DNA of 64,000 nt, taken from Botryllus schlosseri. Taxonomy: Eukaryota. Made by a program: the position numbers and the translations under genes. Positions 49,466 through 62,055 of this stretch are shown here, piece after piece; the first letter of the stretch is position 1; each line of letters starts with the position of its first letter. The stretch covers positions 22,942,001 to 23,006,000 of the forward strand of contig CM119372.1 in NCBI GenBank assembly GCA_051294905.1, read 5' to 3'. The notes beneath the pieces are model-generated. The model did not search any database and was not told the DNA's origin. It saw only the letters and a program-made list of their open reading frames with translations.

Positions 49466-50786
49466 CAGGGTCGGGCAACTTCTCCAGTCGGCGGGCCGAA
49501 TACAGGAAAATTAGGTACTTGGCGGGCCGGATTGCTTAATCAATACATTAGTCGCCCATTTATCCACATATACAACGAATAAATCGTAATTAATGAATGT
49601 ATTATAACGACAGCAATGTCATTTCAAAGCCATTTCTCGCCAATGTGGATTTGAGAATAGCATTGTCGTACAGGCGCCGCCATGTCTCCTTCTCTCTGAT
49701 CAATCAACACACGGTGCAATCATAGTGTCTTAAATGGCGTGGACACAAGCAAGTCTCACGGCTCAGTGAAACCGGTCTACGTCACACTCTTCATTTGGTC
49801 AAAGGCAATTTGACGGTAATTTTTTACCGGCTTGCCGAGCATTAAATTTGATAAAATTGGTATCAATCGAAAGCTACCGTGGTACTGATTGGGAAAATAT
49901 AAATTTTATTCTGCTCGTGGTCCTGGAACCCCCCCCCCCACAATCAGCCTCGAATGATGCATTGTAACGGATTTTGGTATTGTGACGCTAATGCCGTCTG
50001 AGAACAGGTGAGAAGCAGCGTGAACCGCAAGCGTATTGGCCGTTGTTGCGTAACAGATTGAGCATTCATACATACTCTCACTCTCGTGCGCACTTGCTGC
50101 TAAGCTGCTCATACGGCGTGGTTGTATCACAATAGATAACTCCGTAACAATGCAACATTTGAGGCCGATTTTGAGGGGGCCAGGACCACGAGCAGAATAA
50201 AATTTATGTTTTCGATATCAATTTATTAGGGTTGAGTAGGTGGCGAGATATCGTAGAGGTATAATCCACAGCTACAATACCAATGGGTTATGGTTTCGAG
50301 TCCGACCGAGGTCGACTCCAGAATTCCTACCTAAAGAGTTGGAAGTTTATCTAGGCTCCTCCTCGCCATCTTATTAGCATAAGCAGCGTCTTACAAAAGC
50401 CTAGAAGTGTGCCGCGGTACATGTCGGCTCTTATGGAATCAAAAATATGAAATACAGGCCTAGTGTAAATGACCATTGTAGACGTCAAACACCATGATTA
50501 TCACAAACAACATTAGGGTTGAGTAGCCTATATAATAAAAGCCGATAATGCAAGTCTTCTCGCTTCGACGAACTTACGCGTGATCACCACTCTCGTACGC
50601 TGCGCACACACGTATATAATAACATACATTCACTAAAATTTGACGTAGTTAGCAAGTAGTGGGGAATCTCGGCAGACTGGGGCCGCTATCGCCCCATTAT
50701 CATGTAAGACGAGAAACTGTCCGCGGGCCGGACAAAATCCCGTCGCGGCCGAATTCGGTCCGCGGGTCGTATGTTGCCCGCCCCTG
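49466..50786. mobile_element. hAT-type element with a nested SINE
   Basis: TIR cagggtcgggcaac / gttgcccgcccctg, perfect TSD ttgtaagg. Confidence 0.88.
50240..50511 (+). mobile_element. SINE family 1, full length, with 15-bp TSD
   Basis: attagggttgagtag at 50225-50239 and 50512-50526; B-box ggtttcgagtcc. Confidence 0.9.
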
Positions 50787-50956
50787 TTGTAAGGTCTTGC
50801 ACCAACCGTCCATACTATCATGGAAATGATGTGCTGAGCACCAAGCAGGAAAGCCACAGATACCACTCTTGCTAATCAACTCCGATCGGTCTGATCCGGC
50901 CGGGATTGAACCCACGACCCACCTGGTGGAAGCCGGACGCTCCACCGTTAGCTATC
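50787..50956 (-). mobile_element. tRNA-derived SINE (third type), 5' part
   Basis: Minus-strand head gatagctaacggtggagcg...ggttcaatccc, followed by a ggtatctgtggctttcctgcttggtgctcagca core-like segment. Confidence 0.6.
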
Positions 50957-51894
50957 TTTCCAGTAATGACTATACTATTAATGCCATAGAGCGTACTCCG
51001 ACAATATCTTACACAGACCCTGGTATTAATGGGGCACTGCGCTCTAAATGTGATATGGTCACAAATTAGGGATAGAATTGAGAAAGGTTGTTGGCAGCGG
51101 TCCTATTCTTCGGAAAGCAACCTTCAGAAAGTGTATTCGAACTACAGATAAAAGGTTATCAAAAATGCACCAAAACACGCGTTCTTGTGATCATGTGGAA
51201 GCAAAGTGGTCGTACAATATGTTGTCCATGACCACGTAATATACCTTAAGAAATGGTACTATAAGATAAAGATTGCGTTGAAAAACTACAACAGTGATGA
51301 CATGCCAGAAATTTCCCAAATGTTAAGAAGCGATTACGAGTAACCTCCCCACTACAGAGATCGCACGCGTGTAATCGTGTATTTTTTAGATAATCGCTTA
51401 CTTGCGCTTCGAATGATGCGACTTTCTGAAAAAAGTGGCTGCTCCCAAAGTTTTATTCCTAATTTTATCTTTAATTTGAGACTACATCATGCAATATTCA
51501 ATTTTAAATTTTGTGAATGACCCCACAATAAGATTTCTCGTCTGAACCGATAACCTGACAACTAATCCCCGATCACAATCGTAACCAGTATCAGAGCGTG
51601 TCGGGAGCAGTCACCTTCTCGTATTAGTTATAAACGGCATCCGTTTTCAAACAAAGCTTACTTGCTGTTCACTCAAAGTTCTGTCTTAGATGAGATAACA
51701 TAATTATTAAGTAGTTCCAGGTTAATTTCGGCTCTCTAGAAACCTGCTTTCACGACCCCTCTAATACTCACCTTCAACTTTAGTGCGAGCCCTTCGTGGG
51801 GACTGTAATTTTTCGAAATTGCGATTAAAACCAATGTAAATATCTTATATCAGAAACGAAATCTTCAAATCGATGCGACTATCAAGATACCCGC

Positions 51895-52023
51895 TCAACA
51901 CGAGGGTCCAATATACCAGGCGTCCATACATGGAGAATTCTCGATGGTCTGTATGGTTTCGTCAAATCTCGCCCAGGTTGGAGCATGGAACTGTTGGTAG
52001 CAGTGGGAACCGTCGGATAACCC
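51895..52023 (-). CDS. VWA gene 2 terminal exon (GLSDGSHCYQQFHAPTWARFDETIQTIENSPCMDAWYIGPSC*)
   Basis: ttcttag acceptor; paralog of 18941-19147. Confidence 0.82.
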   Translation of the reverse strand, partial: GLSDGSHCYQQFHAPTWARFDETIQTIENSPCMDAWYIGPSC

Positions 52024-52545
52024 CTAAGAATAATACATCGTTGCTAATTCAGATGAGCGAGAACCGTATATCTGGCAAATTAATATCGCTTGGCCACAAT
52101 ATTTTTTTTCATCTGTTGTACGGATTAGATCTAATTTATGACACTGCTCGAATATAGCTGTGTAATAGGTCTAAATTATTTTAATCATTTTAAATCCGTC
52201 CATAAGCGTGCCATCATCTATGGATCTGAAATGCGGCACCATGTGATTGCTGATGACCTGATTATATTTGAAGTATAATTCGAGCGACGTGTGATGCCAT
52301 ACAAGAATAAATATATGACATTGCAAAATGAATCCACCCTTCATATATTATTTTCCAGATTTATTCCAGTATCACTGAGACGGCGATTACTGACCGTCAT
52401 AGGTAAAAACTTTTTTCAATTCGTGTTCTGCCAATTACCAGTTATCAACATACGATTCATATCACCCCCGAAATGATCACCTAACATCGGAAGATACGCG
52501 AGATCATTATCCGGTGGATTTGGGGCTACTACGATTATTATATAC

Positions 52546-52678
52546 CTTCATAATATTAAAACAGCGTCCGGGATCTCCGGTTACTAAAAACGTGATGATC
52601 GGTATGCCTTGAGCGGAAAACTTTTCTCCCATGTCCTGAAGTTGCTTTTTCAGGTTCCCGGGCTTGCAGTTGGCGCAC
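52546..52678 (-). CDS. VWA gene 2 exon (CANCKPGNLKKQLQDMGEKFSAQGIPIITFLVTGDPGRCFNIMK)
   Basis: ctcag acceptor, AAG|gtatat donor, 133 bp. Confidence 0.86.
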
Positions 52679-54941
52679 CTGAGAAGGAAAATACTCCTGA
52701 AGTAAGAAGTCGAAGTATCGGAGTAACAAGTCCTCGACATGAGTTTAAGAGGACTGATCGTTGCGGAGAATGATATACAAATGGTGTTGTTCAATCATAA
52801 TGAAATAATACTATGATCACAATAGTCAGTCGGGAGACCATCACTTGTTGACAGCAGGGTGCACAAGGGAATGCTACGTGCACGTCGTGGGAGAGAGTTT
52901 TCGGAATGCTCCATAAAGCGGGCCAAGCGTAATTGCCCAATGACCTTGAGTAGGCCAGTGGTTCACAACCTTTTCCGTCTCGTGGAACCCTTCGGCCGAC
53001 ATTTGAGCCAAAATTCAGCCCTATTCAAAATCAGCCCAGTGACTGAAAAACGTCATTTTTCTCGTGCAAGCACGTGCTCACTGAAAATTATGGCCGGTGC
53101 CGCCGCTTTAAAGCTTTGAAATAAAGATGTCCAAACTATTTAAAATGCAGACCGCATTACACTTTGTCAAAGTACTGTGAAACATTTCCTTATTTATCGC
53201 TAGGTGTACCGTTGTCCAGAGAGTGAATACATTGAAAGAAAATAGGTTTGCATTTTCCGCCGGGGCAACATTGCGCTAAACTCTGCATGTTTTCTTCGGG
53301 ATCTGGTAGTTGTTGGATGAAATTATTCATTAAGATTTGCTTGCGATAACTTTAAGTTAAATCGGTGAATTTGGCATGTTTTTCATGATCACGCCCTGAT
53401 GTTGACTTGAAAACAAGGTAAATACTTTCTCTATAGCGTCCTTGTTGCGATGGATTCGGCATGACTTTCTTCGCCTGGGAACAATTTTGTCGAGACGCTA
53501 GTGCCGGTATAACGTATTCGTCTTACGGGCCGCACTATTAGGACATCTGGGCTAGTTTCAAAATAAGTAATAAAGAGAAGATTTTAAATAGCCTTTAAAC
53601 ATAGGGCAAATGTGGTAATCAAAAATTGCAAAACGCTCTGTGGCCCCCAAATCTTCAGCAGAGAACAGCAGATCGTTTTCTGGCTCAATATTTTGGTCCA
53701 AGCTCTACCTACCGCGGATATGTAGCCTATACATGAATATCCGCCTTTTCAAAATATATGTTTATGGAAGTTTTAAATTTGTTGGTCAAACGTATACTCG
53801 GTCCCCGCCCGATGGGCACAAAGACACGCCACCTGGGGACCGATGAGACTTCTACGTCTAAAAACTTGAATGTTCCAACATTTCTTGTTGTTTACTACAT
53901 AATCTATGCCATAGCAACCCAAAGAAGAATGTTTGGCCGCCACTGCAAGAAATAGAATAAATAATAATACAAATGTTAGTACAATATTACGATTTGATTT
54001 AGGCTCAAAATCATACATTTGAGGGTACATAAATATTGCCCGTATATCAACATTCTGACTTCCAGATAGCTCGTTATAGCGATAAAATACCATAGGTAAT
54101 TATGACATACAGCCTCTCCGTATGCAGGCGTGCCTATGTTCTTGCATGATTAGTTATGTCCAACTGTTTTAGTATCATCGGTCCGCACTCAACAAATTTT
54201 GTAATTGAATTGAAAATGTCCACTCAAAGATGGAATTGAATAAAATATATGTGACGCCATGAATCTATAAACAAAGCCTACAATTCACATGGAAAATGAT
54301 TGCTGGTTTTTTCGTGTTGAAGGTTACAGAAAAAATGCATGTATAGGCCCATACGTCGATCGAAATTTACTTTACACCCCCAAAACAGAAAACATCTGTC
54401 ACCGTCACAGACCCTATATCCTGCGCAAGTCGAAGCTGTTTGCACGTGAGAAAAGAATCCGCCAGCATGCAATTGTGAATAAATTTACAGAGTGTAATCA
54501 TGGGATTATTATAGAGAATCTTTCAAGTATTTTTGGTCCCAGTGTCTCATCGGTCCCACATATCCCCTACTTTTAGCTAAATATGCTCTACACTTCTGCC
54601 GTAACCACGTGGAAAATTGGTGAATCCAGGTGTACATTATACTTGAAATTCCAATTTTCCCCCTAGTTGGGAACCACCAGAGTAGACGATGCAAAATACC
54701 GTGACAAAACCTGATTCTCCACCGCTAATTTCATGACCAATGTTCACGTAAGCTACAGTGCAGAGGAAATTATGTTTCTTGAGAGGTAAACTGCAGAACA
54801 GATTGATGCAAACAAATTGGGAGAGGATATAGCTTCAAAGTGATATGTTATATAATTCATTCAGTATGCCATCGACGTTCTAGTCAAAATCTGTCAGTCA
54901 TTTGCCGCGGATTATTAGTAGTAAGGACGCCTATACTATAC

Positions 54942-55316
54942 TAGGCTTACCATACGTCCTCTTTTAAGAGGATTTGTCCTCTATTTTGACTTTTTTGAAA
55001 GTGTCCTCGGAGGACGCCCTTTTGTCCTCTTTTTTGAGATTTTGTCCTCTTTTTTTAAAATTTAGGTCAGATTTAGAGCAAATTGCGAGTGATATGCCGC
55101 AAATTAGCACAGAAGTGACGCTCCGGCGGGTATTTCGGAGTGAAAAACGGTGATTTTAGCTCTGAGCGAAAAGATGACCTTTTTTTTTTTTTTTCAGTCA
55201 ACCGATCGCAAAGTGGGAAAAACTCACCGGTTTTTAGGAATTCTACTCCGGTTTTGCAAGTTGCAAATTTCTGAAAAAGTGTCCTCTTTTTAGATTTCCA
55301 AAATATGGTAAGCCTA
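54942..55316. mobile_element. MITE family E
   Basis: TIR taggcttaccata / tatggtaagccta, perfect TSD tactatac. Confidence 0.9.
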
Positions 55317-55380
55317 TACTATACCTGTTAAAGAATTTAGTTCAATTACTGTTATAACAGGATCAAAATTAATTTCTTAC

Positions 55381-55518
55381 CCGTCAGTCACGAGGATGAC
55401 GATTCTTTCCGTGCCTGGAACATTAACCCGTGCACCACGTTGCGATGTGAACATGCTGTCTTTAGAATATTGGAGAGCGTCCACGAGGCAAGTTCTCCCT
55501 GACGTACCTTTATGAAAT
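55381..55518 (-). CDS. VWA gene 2 exon (FHKGTSGRTCLVDALQYSKDSMFTSQRGARVNVPGTERIVILVTDG)
   Basis: VWA motifs, ttccag acceptor, GG|gtaaga donor. Confidence 0.9.
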
Positions 55519-55603
55519 CTGGAATGACAATATCGGGTGAACCTGAATTGTTTAGCGTAACGCAGCACTGGGCTATGTAGCCGTGAATAAAACGTGACAT
55601 AAA

Positions 55604-55931
55604 GAGGGGTTACCATATTTTGGAAATATGAAAAGGGGACACTTTTTCAAATTTTTCAGATTTACAATATAGGAGTAAAATCTGGAAAAAAATAGTAAAT
55701 TTTTCCCGACTTCATGGGTGGTTGACTACTAAAAAAAGGTCATTTTCCGGCTCGACTCCAGATATTGACGCCTCCGTTACTTAAGTGATGATCAACTGTA
55801 TCTCGACCGAATTTTACCCTATATTTAACCAAAATTCTCAAAGAAGAGGTCATTTGGGCTTCCTCCGAGGACGCTTTAAAAAAGAGGACAAATCGTCAAA
55901 TCCTCTTAAAAGAGGACCTATGATAACCCTA
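55604..55931. mobile_element. MITE family E (diverged)
   Basis: ggggttaccatattttggaa ... aaagaggacctatgataacccta. Confidence 0.75.
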
Positions 55932-57074
55932 CACACATAAAAATGCTTGTACAATTGTGTATTTGACGCCGTGAAATTTCTACCTCCAGTATATGAGGTG
56001 TACTATAGATACCAGGCTATATATACCAGGTGTGTATATACCAGTCATGTCTCATGCTGCTGCCGCATATCACAATAGTTTGTTGTAAAAGAGCCGCACC
56101 ACGAGACGTCGCACACATTGAAGTGTAGGCTATAAATAAGGATTATGTCGTACTGTGAGTCTCACCTTGGCTACAAGGTGGTTGGAATAAGGCTGATACT
56201 GAGTCACAGTTCCTCCAATTGTTGGTTGGTCAAAATAGAACAATGATTTGTCTTCCCAATTCCATCGCGAAATTAAAGGACTCACCACAGTAAGTTATGG
56301 GGAGAATGGAAATGTACCGTATACCTGTTTGCTTCACGTTCGGGTATTTTGCTTCGGGGACTTCCAACAACACAATGCAATACATGCCCACAATTCAAAT
56401 GTACAAGTCATTTGTACTATAGTCCCGCCCAGAGTTGACCGGCGTTACCGTGACTAATTGCCAAGCATATCGTAGGTCAGTATGTACCGCGGTCGCATAT
56501 GAAAAGTTCATGTCAACTCTATTCGAGAGTTCGATCGCCAAACCATAACTATGTATAGCCGCTATGGTGTAAACTTTCCAATCCTCACGTAAACGGTAAG
56601 GCAACGAACAATATAATACACATATCGTTAATACGTGATAGAATGCACTGCGTAATAAACTGGTTAAACGCAACAAAGAGGGAAATGCATGCGCTCTATG
56701 CATTGTTGAATTGTTAACCAGTCGCAATCAAAGGCTCAGAGAGAAGCACAGTGAGCGGCAGTTTGGCCAACTCTGCTATAGACTATTGCGTCTATGTAGC
56801 GATTGATTTATATAACAGTAAATTCTCTCTCAAACCTCGATTCCAACTGTGCAGGTTGACGTAACGTTTTAATGCCAAGCAATTAATTTTTTTCGATTAT
56901 AATTTTGCAAGTTTTCAAATGAACTCCCCACAGTTACATTTCCGAATTCTATAGTGTGATAAGGGATTCCAAGTGATGTGGTTATGTTTAAGAAAGAAAT
57001 CATGCAAATATATCGCATAATCACCCGAAATCGCCATTAACTCTACCGCAATTTTTTCTAATTTTACAACTCAC

Positions 57075-57216
57075 TCCACATCATTATCCATTCCAGTGAG
57101 CAGAGCTGCTTTTTAGAAGTATTTATCGAAGTCAATTTCAGGATGAACAGCTTTGTCGAAATTGAGCACACCAACGCGAGTGCCATTTTTGCGAACGCTG
57201 ATAGCTTCACAAAATG
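57075..57216 (-). CDS. VWA gene 2 exon with premature stop (SFCEAISVRKNGTRVGVLNFDKAVHPEIDFDKYF*KAALLTGMDNDVE)
   Basis: tttcag acceptor, GA|gtgagt donor, 142 bp; TAA aligns with Glu of copy 1. Confidence 0.85.
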
Positions 57217-57404
57217 CTGAAACAACGAAGTTCGGATTGAGAACAGCGATTTGAGAATATGCGTCTTGTCATCGATTAAATTCCATAGAAATTTTTCCAG
57301 CCAAATTTCCCCAATCAAGGTTGAGAACCATTGTTCTAAGGTGAAAAAACTCGCAGATCCATATCCACTCTTGTACTGACACGAAGGATTTTGTCGTTAC
57401 TTAC

Positions 57405-57519
57405 AGTTCGTAATGGCTTTGGCTAGCCTGACAAGTTTTTTGAAGTTTCTTGGTCCAATGCTGCCACTTTCATCCAGCATGAAAAGTACATCGCGATTAT
57501 TGATGCTGAGAGGCGCTTG
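57405..57519 (-). CDS. VWA gene 2 MIDAS exon (QAPLSINNRDVLFMLDESGSIGPRNFKKLVRLAKAITN)
   Basis: DESGS MIDAS motif, ttttcag acceptor, T|gtaagt donor. Confidence 0.92.
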
Positions 57520-57800
57520 CTGAAAAGGATACGCAACATGGATTGCGATCGGTCCATCACGCATTGTATATGTAATATATAGTCTTGCAAGGAGCCAGCA
57601 ATATTATGTTCATCCGTTTTTTCCTTCTTTAGATTTCATCGTAATTTGGGGTGCGAGGGATTTTGCACTATTTTTTTTTAACAGGAGCAATGATGCATAT
57701 ATTATATATATACATTAGGGGTCTTCAAAAATGACTTTTTTTCTCAAATCGTAGTGGCTACTTGATAAAATTGTCAGGTTACCTAATTTAAGCCTACACA

Positions 57801-58255
57801 TTTTTTTTAATTTTTTTTAGGGGTAACCTGGATGAACCGCAGTAAACCTCCACCCCGTTACGCTTGTGGCAGCCCCATGGTATTACACCATGTTACTATT
57901 GCCACAAGCGCCTTAATAGGTCACTCTTGGGTCCAAAGTACCCAAGAGCTCCCATCTTCAGGTTGCTTCTTGTTTGCTTCTGTTACCTTCTAAGTTTCGT
58001 CACTTGTTAGGTGCAAACGGCTGTCACAAGCAGGCTTTGGCTGGGGGCGTCTGCAGAGGCTTGTCCCGCCGCCACCATACTTGTGACTGGGATACTGCCC
58101 CGTCAAGCGGTTTCAGATCCCGGTTTGGAATATGAAGGCCAAGGGCCATACTCTTCCAAGGTGTGCAAGTGATTGGAAGTATCGGTTGTACCACGAGGGT
58201 TTCGCACCGCCCAGCGTCCAGTAAGCCGATGCTTACCTTAATACAGCCAAATACT
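57801..58255 (-). mobile_element. Unclassified poly(A)-tailed retroposed element with 3' stem-loops
   Basis: T-rich tract at 57801-57818, cctacaca duplicated on both sides, hairpins at 57860-57911 and ~57924-57948. Confidence 0.6.
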
Positions 58256-58263
58256 CCTACACA

Positions 58264-58349
58264 TTTTTTTATTTTAAAAGATTGGACGCTTCACGATTTT
58301 GCGTGTCATCCTTGCGCAAGGATGACACGCAAAATCGTGAAGCGTCCAT
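58264..58349. pseudogene. U6: U6 snRNA 3'-end retrocopy arranged as a perfect 66-bp palindrome
   Basis: tgcgcaaggatgacacgcaaaatcgtgaagcgtcca matches the U6 3' segment and is present on both strands about cttgc|gcaag; T-rich tract and 13-bp TSD atactcctacaca. Confidence 0.88.
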
Positions 58350-59012
58350 ATACTCCTACACACCAAATTTGGTCCAATTCCAAGCAGTGGAGCGGAGTTA
58401 TTACCGTGGAAAATTTTGGATTTGAATACAGTAGTATTCACGGTGGGCACCACTATAATAAATAATTAAAGAATTGGTCACCGTAAATACTATTTTATTC
58501 ATAATCCGAATTTTTCGACGGCAATAACTCCGCTTCCACTGGTTGGAATTGAACCATATTTGGTGAACATCGTTTCTATTGACAACCTAACGCTTTCATG
58601 GGGTGAACTAAAAAAAATTCAAATTTTTTGTTATTTATTTTTATATAATAAATAGAAACTTTCTTCTCCTGTAACAATGCGGCTACTGGTTGGAATTGAA
58701 CCAAATTTGGTGTGTAAGCTTAAATTAGGTAACCTAACAATTTTATCAAGTAGCCACTACGATTTGAGAAAAAAAGTCATTTTTGAAGACCCCTAATATA
58801 CATACCTTTGATAGGAGGCGTCACAATTTCATCAGGGCTTACGGCTTGCTAAGAATAAGTGAGATCCTTTTCCTTTGTTAATGTTCAAAGTCCATATATA
58901 ACCGAGATGTACGGATTCGATACCCTATCGGTTATCGTTATATGCATGATGATGAAGATTTCTAATAACGTTTCATGGTCGTCTATACGTTGGTGACATT
59001 TCGACAACTCAC

Positions 59013-59141
59013 TCTTTTTGTTCTGCTTGCCTTGAAACCTGCTGATTCCGACACTCCTCTTCTTTTCCTTCCTGGCGACGTACACTTACGCCCAGACATT
59101 ACCAGAACTCCGTTTTCGTCGTATTCGTCTTCGACACATTT
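59013..59141 (-). CDS. VWA gene 2 linker exon (KCVEDEYDENGVLVMSGRKCTSPGRKRRGVSESAGFKASRTKR)
   Basis: tttaag acceptor, AGA|gtgagt donor; paralog of 32619-32744. Confidence 0.86.
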
Positions 59142-59908
59142 CTTAAAGAACGTGGGGTGTCAAATCCATGTAACGAAATGCTTGATTGGCGCGAGGAGAT
59201 ACCCAATAGTGAATGATGCATCAATTGCTGTCTCGAAATATTTTCCAACTTTGTAACCGGCATTTAATTAATATTTTTAATAATTACTTGTTGTTGGGAT
59301 CACGTCACTACCTTCGAGTCACAAGTCATATCGAGTCATTGCACATTTTGACTAGTCTAGTCACAAAGTCATGTCGAATTTTCGAAGTACGAGTTCAAGT
59401 CATTGTATATTGCGAAATATTTGAAGTTAGTTCAGATTTAGTCGCTAATAATTCTGAGTGGAGTAACGAATATCGAGTTAATTATACCTTCTATACGGGG
59501 CGTTATATAGATGACATATACGCAGAACTGCTAAATGACATCGGTACCTGTCAGACAAATATATGGTTAGAATATGAAAATCCTAGTAACTTGAAATTAA
59601 TTGATATGATGCGCTTTAATATCAATACGATACAATCTAAATCTGAACTAATTATTGACGAGTGAATTTTTTTAAACTTTACCAATCCTTTTTTAAATCA
59701 TACAAGAGGTTCGTTAAGGTGAGCTGCACTCGGCAATCTGCAAAGCAGAGATACACGGATATAGATAGATGACTACTAGTCTACGACGACGTAAGCTATA
59801 CAATCACTTCGTTTGCATCAATTTATTTGTGACATGCCGACGGAGGCTCAATAAAACCAGGCTGCATGCGCAATCGCTGAATAACTATGGTTGCTCAATG
59901 CTCACACA

Positions 59909-61197
59909 CAGGGCCGTAACAGCACTTCGTCAGCCCCCCAAACTTTGGTCTTGGGCCCCCCATAGGGTTATGGACCGAACTTCTGGGGGGCTCCGCCCCC
60001 CAGACCACCCTCCGGCGATACCCTGTTTACCGCTATTTACCGTATTGGTTGGGAGTTTGTTTAGTGAATAAGCTTTTGTCGCCTATGCGCGCGAAGCGCG
60101 GGAAATTTCTATAATTGATGATTGAATCGGTCAGTATGATCGGGAATGGCATATATATTGTTATAAATTTTGATCTTCTATCTGCTCACGTAATCAGATT
60201 TGCCGGTAGAGCTGGGTGAGGTGTGTTTGAAAAGGTAGGACCACTCAATAATAATTAAACATCTTTGGGCGTATACCCGTTGGCAGGAACGAAACAGCAC
60301 CTCGTCAGGCCCCCAGAAACGTGGGTCTTGGGCTCCCATAGGCTGATGAAACGACCCCTCCATCACGTTGTTCGCGTTTGTCACGAAATCATCTGTACTG
60401 TATTGTGAGCCAGCACGAAGCGCGAAAATTTTCGATAATTTATGATAAAATCGGTCAATTAGATCGGCGATTGCATATATATTATGCTATCAATTTATTG
60501 TCCTCTCTACTCACGTAATTAGATTTACCGGTAGAGCTGAGTGAAGTGTCTTGAAAACGGGCGGGCCCGTAAATAATTAAACATCTTCGGGGGGGGGGGG
60601 CGGACCCGTTGATATGACTTCGTTAGATGATGTTATTTTGTGACTTCCAGTCTGCTATATCAAAAAATATAGAATCGCCCAGACGTAGGCTTCTAAACTA
60701 AGAGACGCACATGATTTCAAATTGGTATTTCTTCACTGGCATAAAATTTTTCCCAGCGGGATGGTATTTGTCTTGTGAGGTTCGGATTGAAAAGACAGGA
60801 AAATTCGGCGCCAGTCATTTAGGCGCCTATGGACAATTAAACTTATATGTATTTTGTATATTTAACGAAGTCTTCGGTCATCATAAGGGCATAGACCTTT
60901 TCGGCCAAGGTTTTCTCGTTGCCGATCGTTCTGGCACACTTCTTGGAGTCGCATGTTATATGGCCTAAAACTTGATTGTATGTCTTGGTGGGTCGTGGCG
61001 TGGTAATGGCCCAATACCCAATAATAAATAGAAATGGCTACTTCAATTCGCGCGCAGCGCGAAAAAATTTTGAAAAATATGCGTAAATTTTCAAAAAATA
61101 CTCTGATTTATGCTAATTCACGAAATAATTTCGGGCCCCCTTCGAGCTCGCCCCCCCCCCCAATTGGGGGGTTTGGGGTGCGGCAGTGACGGTGCTG
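59909..61197 (+). mobile_element. hAT-type element family D (uninterrupted)
   Basis: Family D TIRs, perfect TSD ctcacaca. Confidence 0.9.
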
Positions 61198-62055
61198 CTC
61201 ACACATGTTTCATCAGCATACCGATAACATGTAGGTACACTCACGACGACTTAGTCGACACCGCTTACTTGATGACTTGAGATTGACTCGAAAATTTGGC
61301 TTCGAGTCACGAGTTAATCCACATTTTTGAAACTCAGAATCAAGTCAATTTGCGAAGTCACTCGAGTAAAGTCAAGTCGTCGGAAAAATATCATTCCAAC
61401 ACTGTTAATACTGAGATATGAAATATGATACCGCCATGTCACGAATACTGCATTGGAAATTGAGTAATTACTCATGGACCGCAGATTCACATTGTTTATT
61501 TATTACATATCTGAAATGTGTAATACCATGTCGTTAAGCGTCGGTCATTTACATTAGGCCGAATATTTCCTGTCAATCTACAGTAAGACCCACTGTGGGT
61601 GGTACACATCCAACATGCACTTGAGCCAGTATTTTTGAACCGATCCCGACACAGTTCAACACCCTTGGGATTATTGCAAAGGTGGATTATCTTACCACGT
61701 CAATCATTACCTGCACCTATCAATATGTCATGAGCCTAAATTCCATATAATCCAATGGTTCCCAACCTTTTCCGACACATCGCCTCAGTATCAAGCTCGA
61801 CACCATTTTTTTAGTAAACTTTCGCGTCATATGCAAAATAAGCCGTCTTCACGTGCATGTTTGGCCGTGTTAATTAAATATATCTCACAGGACGTTCCAA
61901 CATTTTCACCGCCTATAGCACCCCAATCGCGCCCTTTGGGATTTTCTCCCCCTTGTTTCCCAAAATCGTCCACTGAGGGGCGACATCGCCCACGTTGAGA
62001 ACCACTGATCTGATAAATTAATTTCTCACAAAATGACTCATTCATACCAGCGCAC

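Larger units (their letters stand above)
57714..58797. mobile_element. MITE with long TIRs (attaggggtcttcaaaaatgac...); left TIR split by two retroposed inserts
   Basis: 57714-57800 plus 58363 onward is the reverse complement of ~58690-58797. Confidence 0.85.

Noticed and set aside
51772..51802. 31-nt ag...gtgagt micro-exon-like segment on the minus strand
   Set aside because: It lies just downstream of the gene 2 stop, no counterpart was seen in gene 1, and it cannot be supported without transcripts.
59213..59665. 150-aa plus-strand ORF
   Set aside because: It lies in gactcgagtc-type repeat sequence within an intron and has no motifs.
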